Shown piece by piece: positions 45,897 to 54,367 of a DNA stretch of 54,711 bases. The notes under the pieces were generated by a model that had not been told where the DNA came from, searched no databases, and was given only the letters and a program-made list of their open reading frames with translations. The DNA is from an uncultured virus (IMG/VR IMGVR_UViG_3300009071_002060) (Duplodnaviria > Heunggongvirae > Uroviricota > Caudoviricetes). A program made the position numbers and the translations under genes. The stretch covers positions 62,001-116,711 of the IMG/VR virus record IMGVR_UViG_3300009071_002060; one strand, given 5' to 3'. Each line of letters opens with the position of its first letter. Positions within the stretch are counted from its first letter, which is position 1.

Positions 45897-46778
45897 TTAA
45901 TTCTTCTCCATTTTTAATAAAGTATGTTTAGTTTCTGGAATCTTAACTCTAAAGGCAATACGATACGAAGGTGTTGGAGCAAATGCCGCTGACGTTCGAT
46001 GTGTTGCATAATGTGGGTAAACTATAACCCGCCCAGGCTTATTTCCAATCATCTGATTTGGCCAGCCAATATTGTACAGTTGTTTCCAATGCTTTTCCCC
46101 ACTTGGTTCATCGCCATAAAAAAAGAACTCGTTACCCCACGATGGTTTCCACTCTTCGTTTGCAATAAAAAGTACAGTATAATATTGATCTTGTCTTGTA
46201 AAACCAGGACCTGAATCTTTGTGAATTGATCCAAGTATTCCGGACTCAGTTAAACTGCTTCTACTATGTCCGGCGATTACTCTTCCTTCTCGAGCATTTA
46301 GGTAACATGTAAATTCTCTCTTATTCCGAGGACAAGAATACTTGTCGTAAAAATCCACACCGTCTGAGTATCTATCACCTGAGTCATGAGTTACTACGTC
46401 TTTACTAAGATGTGGAGCAACTTTACTCATTTGACGTAACACACTTCTGCTTTTTTCTCTTATACCCAAACCGCCAATGCCTTCGGGTATACCATCTAAA
46501 TTAGCAAGAGAATTAAATACTCTATCATTGATGTCAGTCCATAATTTATAAATCAGTGGATTTCGTTCCATTGTGCTTTCGGTATCCCATCCAATTGGAT
46601 GTCTCCACATTGATCTAATTATAGCACTTGCATGGTTGTCTCCACGTGGATCAAAATCGTTTTGGTGATGCATTTTTAAAATACCTGCATACCATTTTAC
46701 ATCTAGACACCATTCTGAAATGTCTTTGTGCTGGTCTCTGGGTATAATATCATCAAAATAAGTGGGTTGACTGTACAT
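45897..46778 (-). CDS. 2OG-Fe(II) oxygenase (prolyl-hydroxylase-like)
   Basis: IHKD (HxD), N.EW..SWG.E, KPGRVIVY...THR and RIAFR; start ATG 46778 after TAAGTA-N5. Confidence 0.75.
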   Translation of the reverse strand: MYSQPTYFDDIIPRDQHKDISEWCLDVKWYAGILKMHHQNDFDPRGDNHASAIIRSMWRHPIGWDTESTMERNPLIYKLWTDINDRVFNSLANLDGIPEGIGGLGIREKSRSVLRQMSKVAPHLSKDVVTHDSGDRYSDGVDFYDKYSCPRNKREFTCYLNAREGRVIAGHSRSSLTESGILGSIHKDSGPGFTRQDQYYTVLFIANEEWKPSWGNEFFFYGDEPSGEKHWKQLYNIGWPNQMIGNKPGRVIVYPHYATHRTSAAFAPTPSYRIAFRVKIPETKHTLLKMEKN

Positions 46779-46862
46779 ACTAATACTTATTGGCGAAAAT
46801 AGAGGTTGCATTTTTTTTCTATTGGATATATACTAATAGTACACAATGAGAGGTGTCACAAA

Positions 46863-47051
46863 TTGATAGAAGACTTTGAGCATTGGTGTTCTGAGAAATG
46901 GTACGAACATAAACAGGAAAAGAAAGACTGGGAACGATTAAGTGTTCTACCATACACACAAGAACAGTACATCGAAAAAAACTCCGTATTTTTACGTAAA
47001 TTATACGAAGATAAAGTTAATAGGGATGATTCTAAGAATACGGAATTGTGA
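46863..47051 (+). CDS. hypothetical protein
   Basis: GAGG SD before TTG 46863; TTGCAT...TATACT promoter upstream. Confidence 0.6.
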   Translation: MIEDFEHWCSEKWYEHKQEKKDWERLSVLPYTQEQYIEKNSVFLRKLYEDKVNRDDSKNTEL

Positions 47052-47502
47052 TCCAATAATTAAAGAAGCGGTTCGTGCTTATGTAGGTTTCGCTGGTCCG
47101 ATACTCTTTGGCCGTAGGCTATCTAAAAACATTAAAGTATCAATTTGTTTCAGTAACAAAATACCTGATTGTGGCAGTGCAATGTCAAACGACGAAAAGT
47201 ATTATCCTCGTTCATTTTTAATACACTTACATTCTGATTCAAAGTACACTGAAACGTTACAGACTCTTGGACACGAACTTACCCATACTAAACAGTTTGC
47301 CAGAGGCGAGTTGAGGTATCCTAGTACCGGACATACTGTATGGCACAATAAGTTGTATAAGGACGAGGAAGTTGCATATTATCGTGAGCCATGGGAAATT
47401 GAAGCATTTGGCGAAGGATACTGTTTGACTCAGCTATTTTTTGAAGAATTACCCCAATACCATCCTAAATTAAGAGCAAAAATATTAACTCATTCTAGCT
47501 AA
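47026..47502 (+). CDS. zincin-like metallopeptidase domain protein
   Basis: TLGHELTHTKQ (HExxH) and PWEIEA. Confidence 0.8.
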   Translation: MILRIRNCDPIIKEAVRAYVGFAGPILFGRRLSKNIKVSICFSNKIPDCGSAMSNDEKYYPRSFLIHLHSDSKYTETLQTLGHELTHTKQFARGELRYPSTGHTVWHNKLYKDEEVAYYREPWEIEAFGEGYCLTQLFFEELPQYHPKLRAKILTHSS

Positions 47503-47512
47503 GTCATTGATA
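47500..47512 (-). promoter_or_regulatory. IHF-consensus site upstream of an early promoter
   Basis: Minus strand TATCAATGACTTA matches WATCAANNNNTTR. Confidence 0.5.
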
Positions 47513-47538
47513 TACAACAAATCTTTTTTCACATTTTT

Positions 47539-47596
47539 GGTTGACATTTCGGTAAAAGTATCGTATACTGTATAGACAATAAGGAATTAGGAGTTA
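47539..47596 (+). promoter_or_regulatory. early promoter cassette copy 6
   Basis: GGTTGACATTTCGGTAAAAGTATCGTATACT...AATAAGGAATTAGGAGTT. Confidence 0.85.
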
Positions 47597-47601
47597 CCCA
47601 T

Positions 47602-48300
47602 ATGTACTACCGTTCAAAAAAAATGATGAAGATAAAGAAGCAACCAATGCATAACATGGACAATGTCCTTGGTTTTGTTGTACGTGTTTTTAATGATCAA
47701 GGTAATATGGTTGTTAAGGCTCCAGTATGGGGCGAGCAAGTTGCTAAGGAAGACCAGGGAAAATCCAATAAAGAAAAGGTACTGGCCTTGCTTGAATCTG
47801 GTACTAAGCCTAGCAAAGAAGAAATTGATGAAGGTCGTAAAATGGCGTCACAGTTGCAGGGCAAGATTGTTCTAAACGAATTGTCCGGTGTTCGTACTAA
47901 CGATTTTATGGCCAATGTTAATACAAACTCACAAGGTGATGAGATTGAACAACGTGCTATTGGTATTGTAGTGTGGTTGCCTAAGATTGCTAAAGACCTT
48001 GATACCGCAGAAAAAGAACAAGAGACAATGCAGGTAAGCGGATCTACAAGCGAGTTTATTGGCAAGGTCAAGGACAAACTTACATTAGACATCGTTCCTA
48101 TTAAAGTTCGCAAGGTAGTGTCTATAGGTAAGTTTAGTGTTACTGGTACAGTTGATGGTAACTTAGTTACTTTTTGGCATAGTGACGAACCAGAAGTTGG
48201 TAAGCAAATGACAGTGTCGGCTCGTGTCAAAGAACACAAGCAATGTCAGTACCACTTCCAAAACAATGTTACTCAGCTTCATTACGTAAAGGTTGCATAA
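47602..48300 (+). CDS. hypothetical protein with a C-terminal OB-fold-like region
   Basis: SEFIG.V.DKL...GNLVTFW...ARVKEH...TQLHYVK. Confidence 0.75.
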   Translation: MYYRSKKMMKIKKQPMHNMDNVLGFVVRVFNDQGNMVVKAPVWGEQVAKEDQGKSNKEKVLALLESGTKPSKEEIDEGRKMASQLQGKIVLNELSGVRTNDFMANVNTNSQGDEIEQRAIGIVVWLPKIAKDLDTAEKEQETMQVSGSTSEFIGKVKDKLTLDIVPIKVRKVVSIGKFSVTGTVDGNLVTFWHSDEPEVGKQMTVSARVKEHKQCQYHFQNNVTQLHYVKVA

Positions 48301-48485
48301 TGGAACACCCAGCAACATATGAAATTAGCCGCGATGAGTGGTTGACAATTAACAGGGCTTTGTGTGGAGCAAGGTTACAAATGAATAATATCCCGCCATA
48401 TGGTGTTGACCGTAAAGCACAGGTTAACGATTCATTAGATATTATTTCAAAGATTTATCAACAAGCAAAGGAGAAGACAATATGA
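48300..48485 (+). CDS. hypothetical protein
   Basis: TAATG coupling; MEHPATYEI... Confidence 0.6.
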   Translation: MEHPATYEISRDEWLTINRALCGARLQMNNIPPYGVDRKAQVNDSLDIISKIYQQAKEKTI

Positions 48486-48640
48486 AGTTAAAAGGTGCAA
48501 TGACAGTCCTTAAGAAGGACATGGAGTTCTTAGGATTAACATTTGAAGAATTGTGTATCTTTATTGAACGTAATCCGTATGCTATGAAGAATAGCACTAT
48601 TGATGCATACACAGTTTATAAAACGCAGACGCAAGGATGA
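48482..48640 (+). CDS. small hypothetical protein (52 aa)
   Basis: Manually translated MKLKGAMTVLKKDMEFLGL...; AAGGAG SD. Confidence 0.65.
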   Translation: MKLKGAMTVLKKDMEFLGLTFEELCIFIERNPYAMKNSTIDAYTVYKTQTQG

Positions 48641-48795
48641 ACTGCTATCATTGTGGGACAGAATTAATTTGGGGTGGTGACCATGATTGTGATGAACACA
48701 TGGAAGACTATCTAATTGAAACAAATCTGTCATGTCCTAAGTGTAATAGTCTTGTAATAGTTTATTACCCAAAAGAAGAAGGAGAAGATGTTTGA
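48637..48795 (+). CDS. small zinc-ribbon protein (52 aa)
   Basis: Manually translated MNCYHCGTELIWGGDHD...NLSCPKCNS (two CxxC). Confidence 0.75.
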   Translation: MNCYHCGTELIWGGDHDCDEHMEDYLIETNLSCPKCNSLVIVYYPKEEGEDV

Positions 48796-49202
48796 CCCCT
48801 GTGCTTTACATATTAATGCGAACTGATCTGGACAGTATGAATCCAGGCAAAGCAATGGCACAAGCCAGTCATGCTAGTAATGCATTTGTTAACCACGATA
48901 TGAACGTCAACACTATTATCGGTCACATCGCCAGCAACATGAGAGAGGACTGGAAACATCAGACTGAACAAGGGTTTGGTACTGTATTGGTATTAGGTGT
49001 AACAGAAAGTCAAATGCGAACCGCGGTCACAGTTGCAACAGTATCCAACTTTGTAAGTGGTATAGTACACGATCCAACCTATCCATTACGCGATGGTGAC
49101 ACCACACATTTTATTCCACTGGATACATGTGGTTATGTATTTGGTGACAAAGATGATCTATTGCTACAATCGATCTTGGGCAATTTTGAATTGCACTATT
49201 GA
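48792..49202 (+). CDS. peptidyl-tRNA hydrolase 2 (PTH2)-like protein
   Basis: ILMRTDL.SMNPGKAMAQASHA...W...G..TVLVL...VHD...T. Confidence 0.75.
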   Translation: MTPVLYILMRTDLDSMNPGKAMAQASHASNAFVNHDMNVNTIIGHIASNMREDWKHQTEQGFGTVLVLGVTESQMRTAVTVATVSNFVSGIVHDPTYPLRDGDTTHFIPLDTCGYVFGDKDDLLLQSILGNFELHY

Positions 49203-49212
49203 GGAATAAGAA

Positions 49213-49806
49213 TTGAAAATTAAAAAGAAGATAATACTTACAGATGCAGATGGTGTATTGCTTAACTGGGAATATGCTTTTAACGTCTGGATGGACCAAC
49301 ATGGCTTTGAAGAATTGCCTGATGCAAAGTTTAATTATGATATGGGAGAACGATACGGTATTCCTAAATCGCAGGTTGCAAAGCTAGTCAGGATATTCAA
49401 TGAGAGTGCCGCAATAGGCTTCTTACCAGCATTTAGAGATGCAATGTATTATGTGAAACGTTTACACGAAGAACATGGATACGAGTTTCATTGTATTACG
49501 AGTTTGAGTTTAGATGCTAATGCTTACAAGTTACGTAAAATGAATTTAGATAAATTGTTTGGCGAAGGTGCATTTACCAAACTGATCTGTTTAGATACTG
49601 GTGCTCCAAAGGACGAAGCATTATCTAAATACAAAGACAGCGAAATGTGGTGGCTTGAAGATAAGCCCGAGAATGCAGAAGCAGGTATTGCACAAGGACT
49701 AAAGCCTGTACTGTTTGAGCATGGCCATAATATGAATTACCGCAATGACTTGATACCAATCGTAGATAGCTGGAAACAGTTTTATAAACTTGTTACCAAG
49801 AAGTAG
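49213..49806 (+). CDS. HAD-superfamily nucleotidase-like protein (T4 gp30.2-like)
   Basis: LTDADGVLL (DxDG), ITS and WLEDK. Confidence 0.8.
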   Translation: MKIKKKIILTDADGVLLNWEYAFNVWMDQHGFEELPDAKFNYDMGERYGIPKSQVAKLVRIFNESAAIGFLPAFRDAMYYVKRLHEEHGYEFHCITSLSLDANAYKLRKMNLDKLFGEGAFTKLICLDTGAPKDEALSKYKDSEMWWLEDKPENAEAGIAQGLKPVLFEHGHNMNYRNDLIPIVDSWKQFYKLVTKK

Positions 49807-49827
49807 TGTTCTATAACAGAACACTAC
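49803..49827. terminator. hairpin between convergent genes
   Basis: GTAGTGTTCT-ATAAC-AGAACACTAC. Confidence 0.6.
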
Positions 49828-49846
49828 CTCCTCCTATGCTACATTA

Positions 49847-50608
49847 TCACAGATCTTTATAAAGTCTAAGAATCTCTGTTACGGCTGGATCACGTTGAAT
49901 ATCTGTACCTGTAAATTCTACTCCTGTAATATGGTCTAGTTTTCCATAATTGTCAACTAAACGTTTAAAATCTAATAGACCGTTCTCAGGATCTTTGCGA
50001 TCCGCTTGTCTGGTATCTCCAGTGACAACAATCTTACTTCTTTCGCCTAAGCGGGTCAACAACATTTTCATTTGACCTGGGGTCGCGTTTTGCATTTCGT
50101 CTGCAATAATATAGCTATTCTTAAATGTTCGACCTCGCATAAAAGCTAGTGGGGATATTTCCAATACAGAATCTTCTAGCATTTTATTGATTTGGGCTTT
50201 CGTGTAGTATTCTTGAATATAATCAAAAATTGGTCTAGTCCATGGAGCCATTTTTTCATTTAAGTCTCCTGGTAGGAACCCATGTTTCTCATCATCAACT
50301 CCCACAGCCGGGCGAGTAACTACGATTTTATTAAATTCTCCTTCTCGTAATAATTTTAGGGCTGTAATCACGGCAAGCATTGTTTTACCAGTGCCTGCTG
50401 GTCCTGTTGCAAAAACAATCTTGTTTGTTTCCGATTCTAACATATCTATATATGTTTCTTGTTTAAGACTTTTAGGAATAAGTGTGATTTTAGTCTTCTT
50501 TTGACGGTATCTGTCAAAATCAACTACATTCTGATCGAATGCTGGATGCTGATAGTTTTGTTTGGATTCGCGTTGTTTACGAGCGAGTGCTCTCTTTTTT
50601 CTAGACAA
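49847..50608 (-). CDS. phoH: PhoH family ATPase
   Basis: GPAGTGKT, TRP, GFLPGD..EK, FMRGRTF, DEMQN, LTRLG and GD..Q.D; TTG start with AGGAGG SD. Confidence 0.95.
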   Translation of the reverse strand: MSRKKRALARKQRESKQNYQHPAFDQNVVDFDRYRQKKTKITLIPKSLKQETYIDMLESETNKIVFATGPAGTGKTMLAVITALKLLREGEFNKIVVTRPAVGVDDEKHGFLPGDLNEKMAPWTRPIFDYIQEYYTKAQINKMLEDSVLEISPLAFMRGRTFKNSYIIADEMQNATPGQMKMLLTRLGERSKIVVTGDTRQADRKDPENGLLDFKRLVDNYGKLDHITGVEFTGTDIQRDPAVTEILRLYKDL

Positions 50609-50725
50609 TTTGTTAGCCTCCTATGCTTGTTATGGTGTCCACAGCTAGGAATCTTACATTGGTTGCTAAACTTATACGTGGACGTTAACAACCAGTGTAA
50701 GGTCTGTGTCCACTATTAATATTTA
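50609..50725 (-). ncRNA. candidate structured cis-regulatory 5' leader of phoH
   Basis: TAAATA promoter, 17-bp stem, loop GUCCAC complementary to two flanking GUGGAC copies, and an SD-sequestering hairpin. Confidence 0.55.
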
Positions 50726-50840
50726 AACCTATGACATCAATCATAAAGTGTACATTTAAGATTGACCTTATCGAAGCTAATTATATGCCACATAAGATTT
50801 GTCCAAAGGTAAATACACTAAACAACAGAAGGTGCCCAAG

Positions 50841-51401
50841 ATGTCATCAGCCGCAGTATTACACGACATTATAGATAACGTCAAAAACATATATCAAAAT
50901 TCAAGTAGTATTAGTACACTTATGGATTTTGAACGTGTACTTGATACTCTTGACTTATATAGTTTTAAAAATTGGCAATCAGGTGAAATTGTTGAAGGTC
51001 CTATCTTTGAAAAGTATTTTGTTACTGTTACATTAATGTTTCCATATAGAAAAATGCCCGACCCCGACGGAGCACAACGTTTATTAGATTATGATTGTCA
51101 TGTAAGATTTCGCAGGAGTGAACTTGAATCACCAGTTCAAGTTAAAGGTCCTGAAGATTACGAAGGTGGCACAAAGTATCCTAAAATGGAACGTTATCCA
51201 ATTTGGTTAGTTGAAATTGTTATGACAAAATCATTGATGTCAGAAATTTCACGTGGTAGTGTTGAAATACAAGGTGATCAAATCAATGTTGAAGAATTAG
51301 AATCTGCTTATGAACAAGGCGCTGACGAACAAGAGGTGTCAGGTGACGTTGTAGCAGACAATGATGCAACAGGTGACGAAGTAGGGAGTGAAGTAGCATA
51401 A
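50841..51401 (+). CDS. hypothetical late protein
   Basis: TAAATA at 50810 makes ATG 50841 likely; LMDFERVLD.LDLY..KNW...MPDPDG. Confidence 0.8.
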   Translation: MSSAAVLHDIIDNVKNIYQNSSSISTLMDFERVLDTLDLYSFKNWQSGEIVEGPIFEKYFVTVTLMFPYRKMPDPDGAQRLLDYDCHVRFRRSELESPVQVKGPEDYEGGTKYPKMERYPIWLVEIVMTKSLMSEISRGSVEIQGDQINVEELESAYEQGADEQEVSGDVVADNDATGDEVGSEVA

Positions 51402-51955
51402 TGAATTACAATCTACGAGAAGGTTTAGAAATAAACGATCTAAACAGAGGTTTAGTTGAAAAGACTGTACAGATTGACCGCTTCAAAAGTAAAATTGGTA
51501 GAGACGAAGATGTCTGCGTAATGAATTTTCTAGTCAATGGAAAAGAACCTGCATTAGATTTAATGGGTTTTATTGAAAGAGGCTATGATTTTGTAATTGA
51601 CTCAGATACAAGCCCAGGAGAAAACAAAGACGGTTCATATGAAGTATTTGTTGAAATGGATCGTGACGAAAAACTACACGAGAATATTTTAAAGATTATT
51701 TCCCAAGTATGTAACTTAACTGAAAACAAGGAAGAAGATTGGTCCTTTACATATCGTGGAAATTTTAAAGATGTGTCTCAACTAACTGCTGAATCTCTAG
51801 AAGAAAAAGTTCCATCAGACCCAAAGATATACAATGAAAAGTATGCTGATGAAGAAATTGCTAAACTAAAAGCAATGGCCCACTTGAAAGTGGATAGCAA
51901 GGCCCCCCAAACAGAAGAGATGAATGCAATTAGAAGAGCCGCTGGTATAATTTAA
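51401..51955 (+). CDS. hypothetical protein, possibly head-associated
   Basis: N-terminal LRE; ID.FKSK.G; two C-terminal amphipathic motifs (EIAKLKAMAHL, EMNAIRRAAGI). Confidence 0.75.
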   Translation: MNYNLREGLEINDLNRGLVEKTVQIDRFKSKIGRDEDVCVMNFLVNGKEPALDLMGFIERGYDFVIDSDTSPGENKDGSYEVFVEMDRDEKLHENILKIISQVCNLTENKEEDWSFTYRGNFKDVSQLTAESLEEKVPSDPKIYNEKYADEEIAKLKAMAHLKVDSKAPQTEEMNAIRRAAGII

Positions 51956-51979
51956 TTATTATCATAAGGTGAACTAATT

Positions 51980-52807
51980 TTGGATTTTATTACTGTCGTA
52001 TATGCAGATGAGATAGATATGCTCGTGACACAAGGTCGCAGTATAGATCTGTATGCTCCGGATATAGCAGAAAATATATTTGTAATTGTGAATGACGAAG
52101 AAAGTGTTAACATTGAAATTGATAAACTTTGGTGGGGAAGCCAACGTAGTCGAGTTCACATTCTAAATAGAAAACAGATTAGTTGTACTCCATATGGAAC
52201 TGGTTGGGATAGCCAACAACTATGTAAACTGGTAACAGCAGGAATGAGTAAAGAAGATTATGTATTAATCTTTGATGCTAAAACTTGGTTTGTTAAACCA
52301 TTTAATACTGCTGATATCTTTCCAGAACCAAATAAAATTAATGTTGCGATGCAAGAAATACAACCAGTATTTAAAACTGGTTGGGATTGGCTTGTAAAAG
52401 AATTTAACATAAAAGATCCAGGGTGTCAACCTGGTCCAGCTGGCGTTCCAGCAATAATGAAGCCTCAGGCTGTAAGGCAACTGTTTTCTTACATTGAAAA
52501 CAAATACCATCAAAGTTTTAGAACTTGGTATAGAGAATATAGCTTAACTCCTACGTTCATCACCGAGTTCTTATTGTATGCAAGTTGGATCTATATGAGC
52601 GAGGGGTATTCGCAGTACACTGGAGAGCAACCTTGGAATCCAGTGAATATTGCTAGAGATGAGGGGAAACTGTTTAACCAGAAACTCAATGAAATGAAAA
52701 ACGATAATACATTAACTGCAAGTATACATGCAGATTGTAAATTATCAGCAAAACGTAAAAAAGAATGGAAGAGCTTTTTACAGGAAAAAGGCTTAACCCA
52801 GGAATAA
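51980..52807 (+). CDS. glycosyltransferase-like (GT-A-like) hypothetical protein
   Basis: GWDSQQLCKL, YVLIFDAK and TEFLLY; TTG start. Confidence 0.6.
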   Translation: MDFITVVYADEIDMLVTQGRSIDLYAPDIAENIFVIVNDEESVNIEIDKLWWGSQRSRVHILNRKQISCTPYGTGWDSQQLCKLVTAGMSKEDYVLIFDAKTWFVKPFNTADIFPEPNKINVAMQEIQPVFKTGWDWLVKEFNIKDPGCQPGPAGVPAIMKPQAVRQLFSYIENKYHQSFRTWYREYSLTPTFITEFLLYASWIYMSEGYSQYTGEQPWNPVNIARDEGKLFNQKLNEMKNDNTLTASIHADCKLSAKRKKEWKSFLQEKGLTQE

Positions 52808-52845
52808 ATATGTGCATAGCACTAATAATATGAGGAAGTATCAAA

Positions 52846-53463
52846 ATGAACTTTGAATTTACAGAAGACCAACTGGACCAAATGGTACCTAGGTGTAAGC
52901 ATACAGAAGAGCTTTACGAAGCACTATTAGATGTATGTCCCCGTTATGAAATTAACACTGAAGACCGTTTAGCGGCATTTGTTGCTCAGTGTGGTCATGA
53001 AAGTGCAGATTTTAATACACTTAAAGAAAATCTAAACTATTCTGGAGATGCATTATGTCGTGTGTGGCCTAGACATTTTGACCAAGACAATAAAGAGTTT
53101 TATCATCGTAACCCAGAACGTATTGCAAATCGTGCATACCGTGATAGAATGGGAAACGGCAGTGAAGAAAGTGGTGACGGTTGGCGTTATAGAGGACGTG
53201 GTGCTATCCAACTAACTGGTTGTCATAACTATACCAAGTTTGCTGATTACAACGAAATGGATGTTGGAGATGCTGTTGAGTATCTTGAAACTCTTAAAGG
53301 AGCAGTTGAAAGTGCGGCTTGGTATTGGCTAGAGCATGGATTAAATGAAATGGCTGACGACAGAGATAACACTAAAATGACAAAGAGAATCAATGGTGGA
53401 ACACATGGCATTGAGGATCGAAAAGAAAGACTCATCAGGAACCTAGAGGTTCTGTTAGGATAA
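52846..53463 (+). CDS. glycoside hydrolase family 19 endolysin
   Basis: AAFVAQCGHES, ENLNYS, GDGWRYRGRGAIQLTG..NY and TKRINGG; TAAATA at 52805. Confidence 0.93.
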   Translation: MNFEFTEDQLDQMVPRCKHTEELYEALLDVCPRYEINTEDRLAAFVAQCGHESADFNTLKENLNYSGDALCRVWPRHFDQDNKEFYHRNPERIANRAYRDRMGNGSEESGDGWRYRGRGAIQLTGCHNYTKFADYNEMDVGDAVEYLETLKGAVESAAWYWLEHGLNEMADDRDNTKMTKRINGGTHGIEDRKERLIRNLEVLLG

Positions 53464-53467
53464 AAAA

Positions 53468-53974
53468 ATGTTTGCGAGTATTGGATTAAAAATTGCAATA
53501 GGAATTGGTATCATTGGAATTGCTGGTGGTGCGTGGTTCTATGTACAAAACCTACAATCTAAATTAGATTTAGCGGCAGAACGCCAGGCTAGAACAATGG
53601 ATGTAGTTAATTCTCAAGTGGCGGCACTAAACCAATTACAAGAAGATATTAAAAAAGTGCAACAAGTAACCAATACACTCAACGAGAAAATAGCAGAAGC
53701 AAACGCATCTGTAAGTAAACTTGACGATAAATTTAACAAGAATAGCTCAGGTAAGGCAAGAGATATCGGCAAGGATGCAGAAGCAAAGCCCGAAGTAGTA
53801 GAGAAAATTATAAACAGAGCAACTAAAGATGCAATTAGATGTGGTGAACTCCTTACCGGTGCACCACTTCTTCCTAAAGAAACTAACAGTCAATGTCCCG
53901 AGCTAACTGTAACTAACTTTAAAAAAGAAGATAAAGCAGATAACAAGGAAGACATTAGGAAGTCAGTAAAATGA
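53468..53974 (+). CDS. i-spanin-like inner-membrane coiled-coil protein
   Basis: N-terminal TM segment plus long coiled coil, directly after the endolysin. Confidence 0.65.
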   Translation: MFASIGLKIAIGIGIIGIAGGAWFYVQNLQSKLDLAAERQARTMDVVNSQVAALNQLQEDIKKVQQVTNTLNEKIAEANASVSKLDDKFNKNSSGKARDIGKDAEAKPEVVEKIINRATKDAIRCGELLTGAPLLPKETNSQCPELTVTNFKKEDKADNKEDIRKSVK

Positions 53975-54330
53975 AAAAAATAATTTTAATTGGAGCACTG
54001 TTATTTGTAATGACTGGTTGTTCTAGTATCAAAGAAACACTAGCAATTAAACCTGAGATTGTAGAGAGACCACCATTGGTACTTCCAGACTTAGTACCAG
54101 CAAAAGGATATGACTTTAACTTTATTATTATTACAAAAGATAACTTTGATAAAAAACTTAAAGAATTAAAAGAAAGCGGAGTTGATGTTGTTTATTTTGC
54201 ATTGACAGATGAAGGTTATAAAGCATTAAGTTTGAGCGTTGCAGAGCTAAGACGCTACATTGCACAACAGAATGCAACAATTCGTGCTTATAAAGAGTAC
54301 TATCAACCCGACGAACCTGCTAAAAAATAA
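53971..54330 (+). CDS. o-spanin-like lipoprotein
   Basis: MTGC lipobox and Pro-rich segment; follows the i-spanin-like gene. Confidence 0.65.
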   Translation: MKKIILIGALLFVMTGCSSIKETLAIKPEIVERPPLVLPDLVPAKGYDFNFIIITKDNFDKKLKELKESGVDVVYFALTDEGYKALSLSVAELRRYIAQQNATIRAYKEYYQPDEPAKK

Positions 54331-54367
54331 TAAATACTAGTGTCAAATAGTTATATGAGGTTCAACA

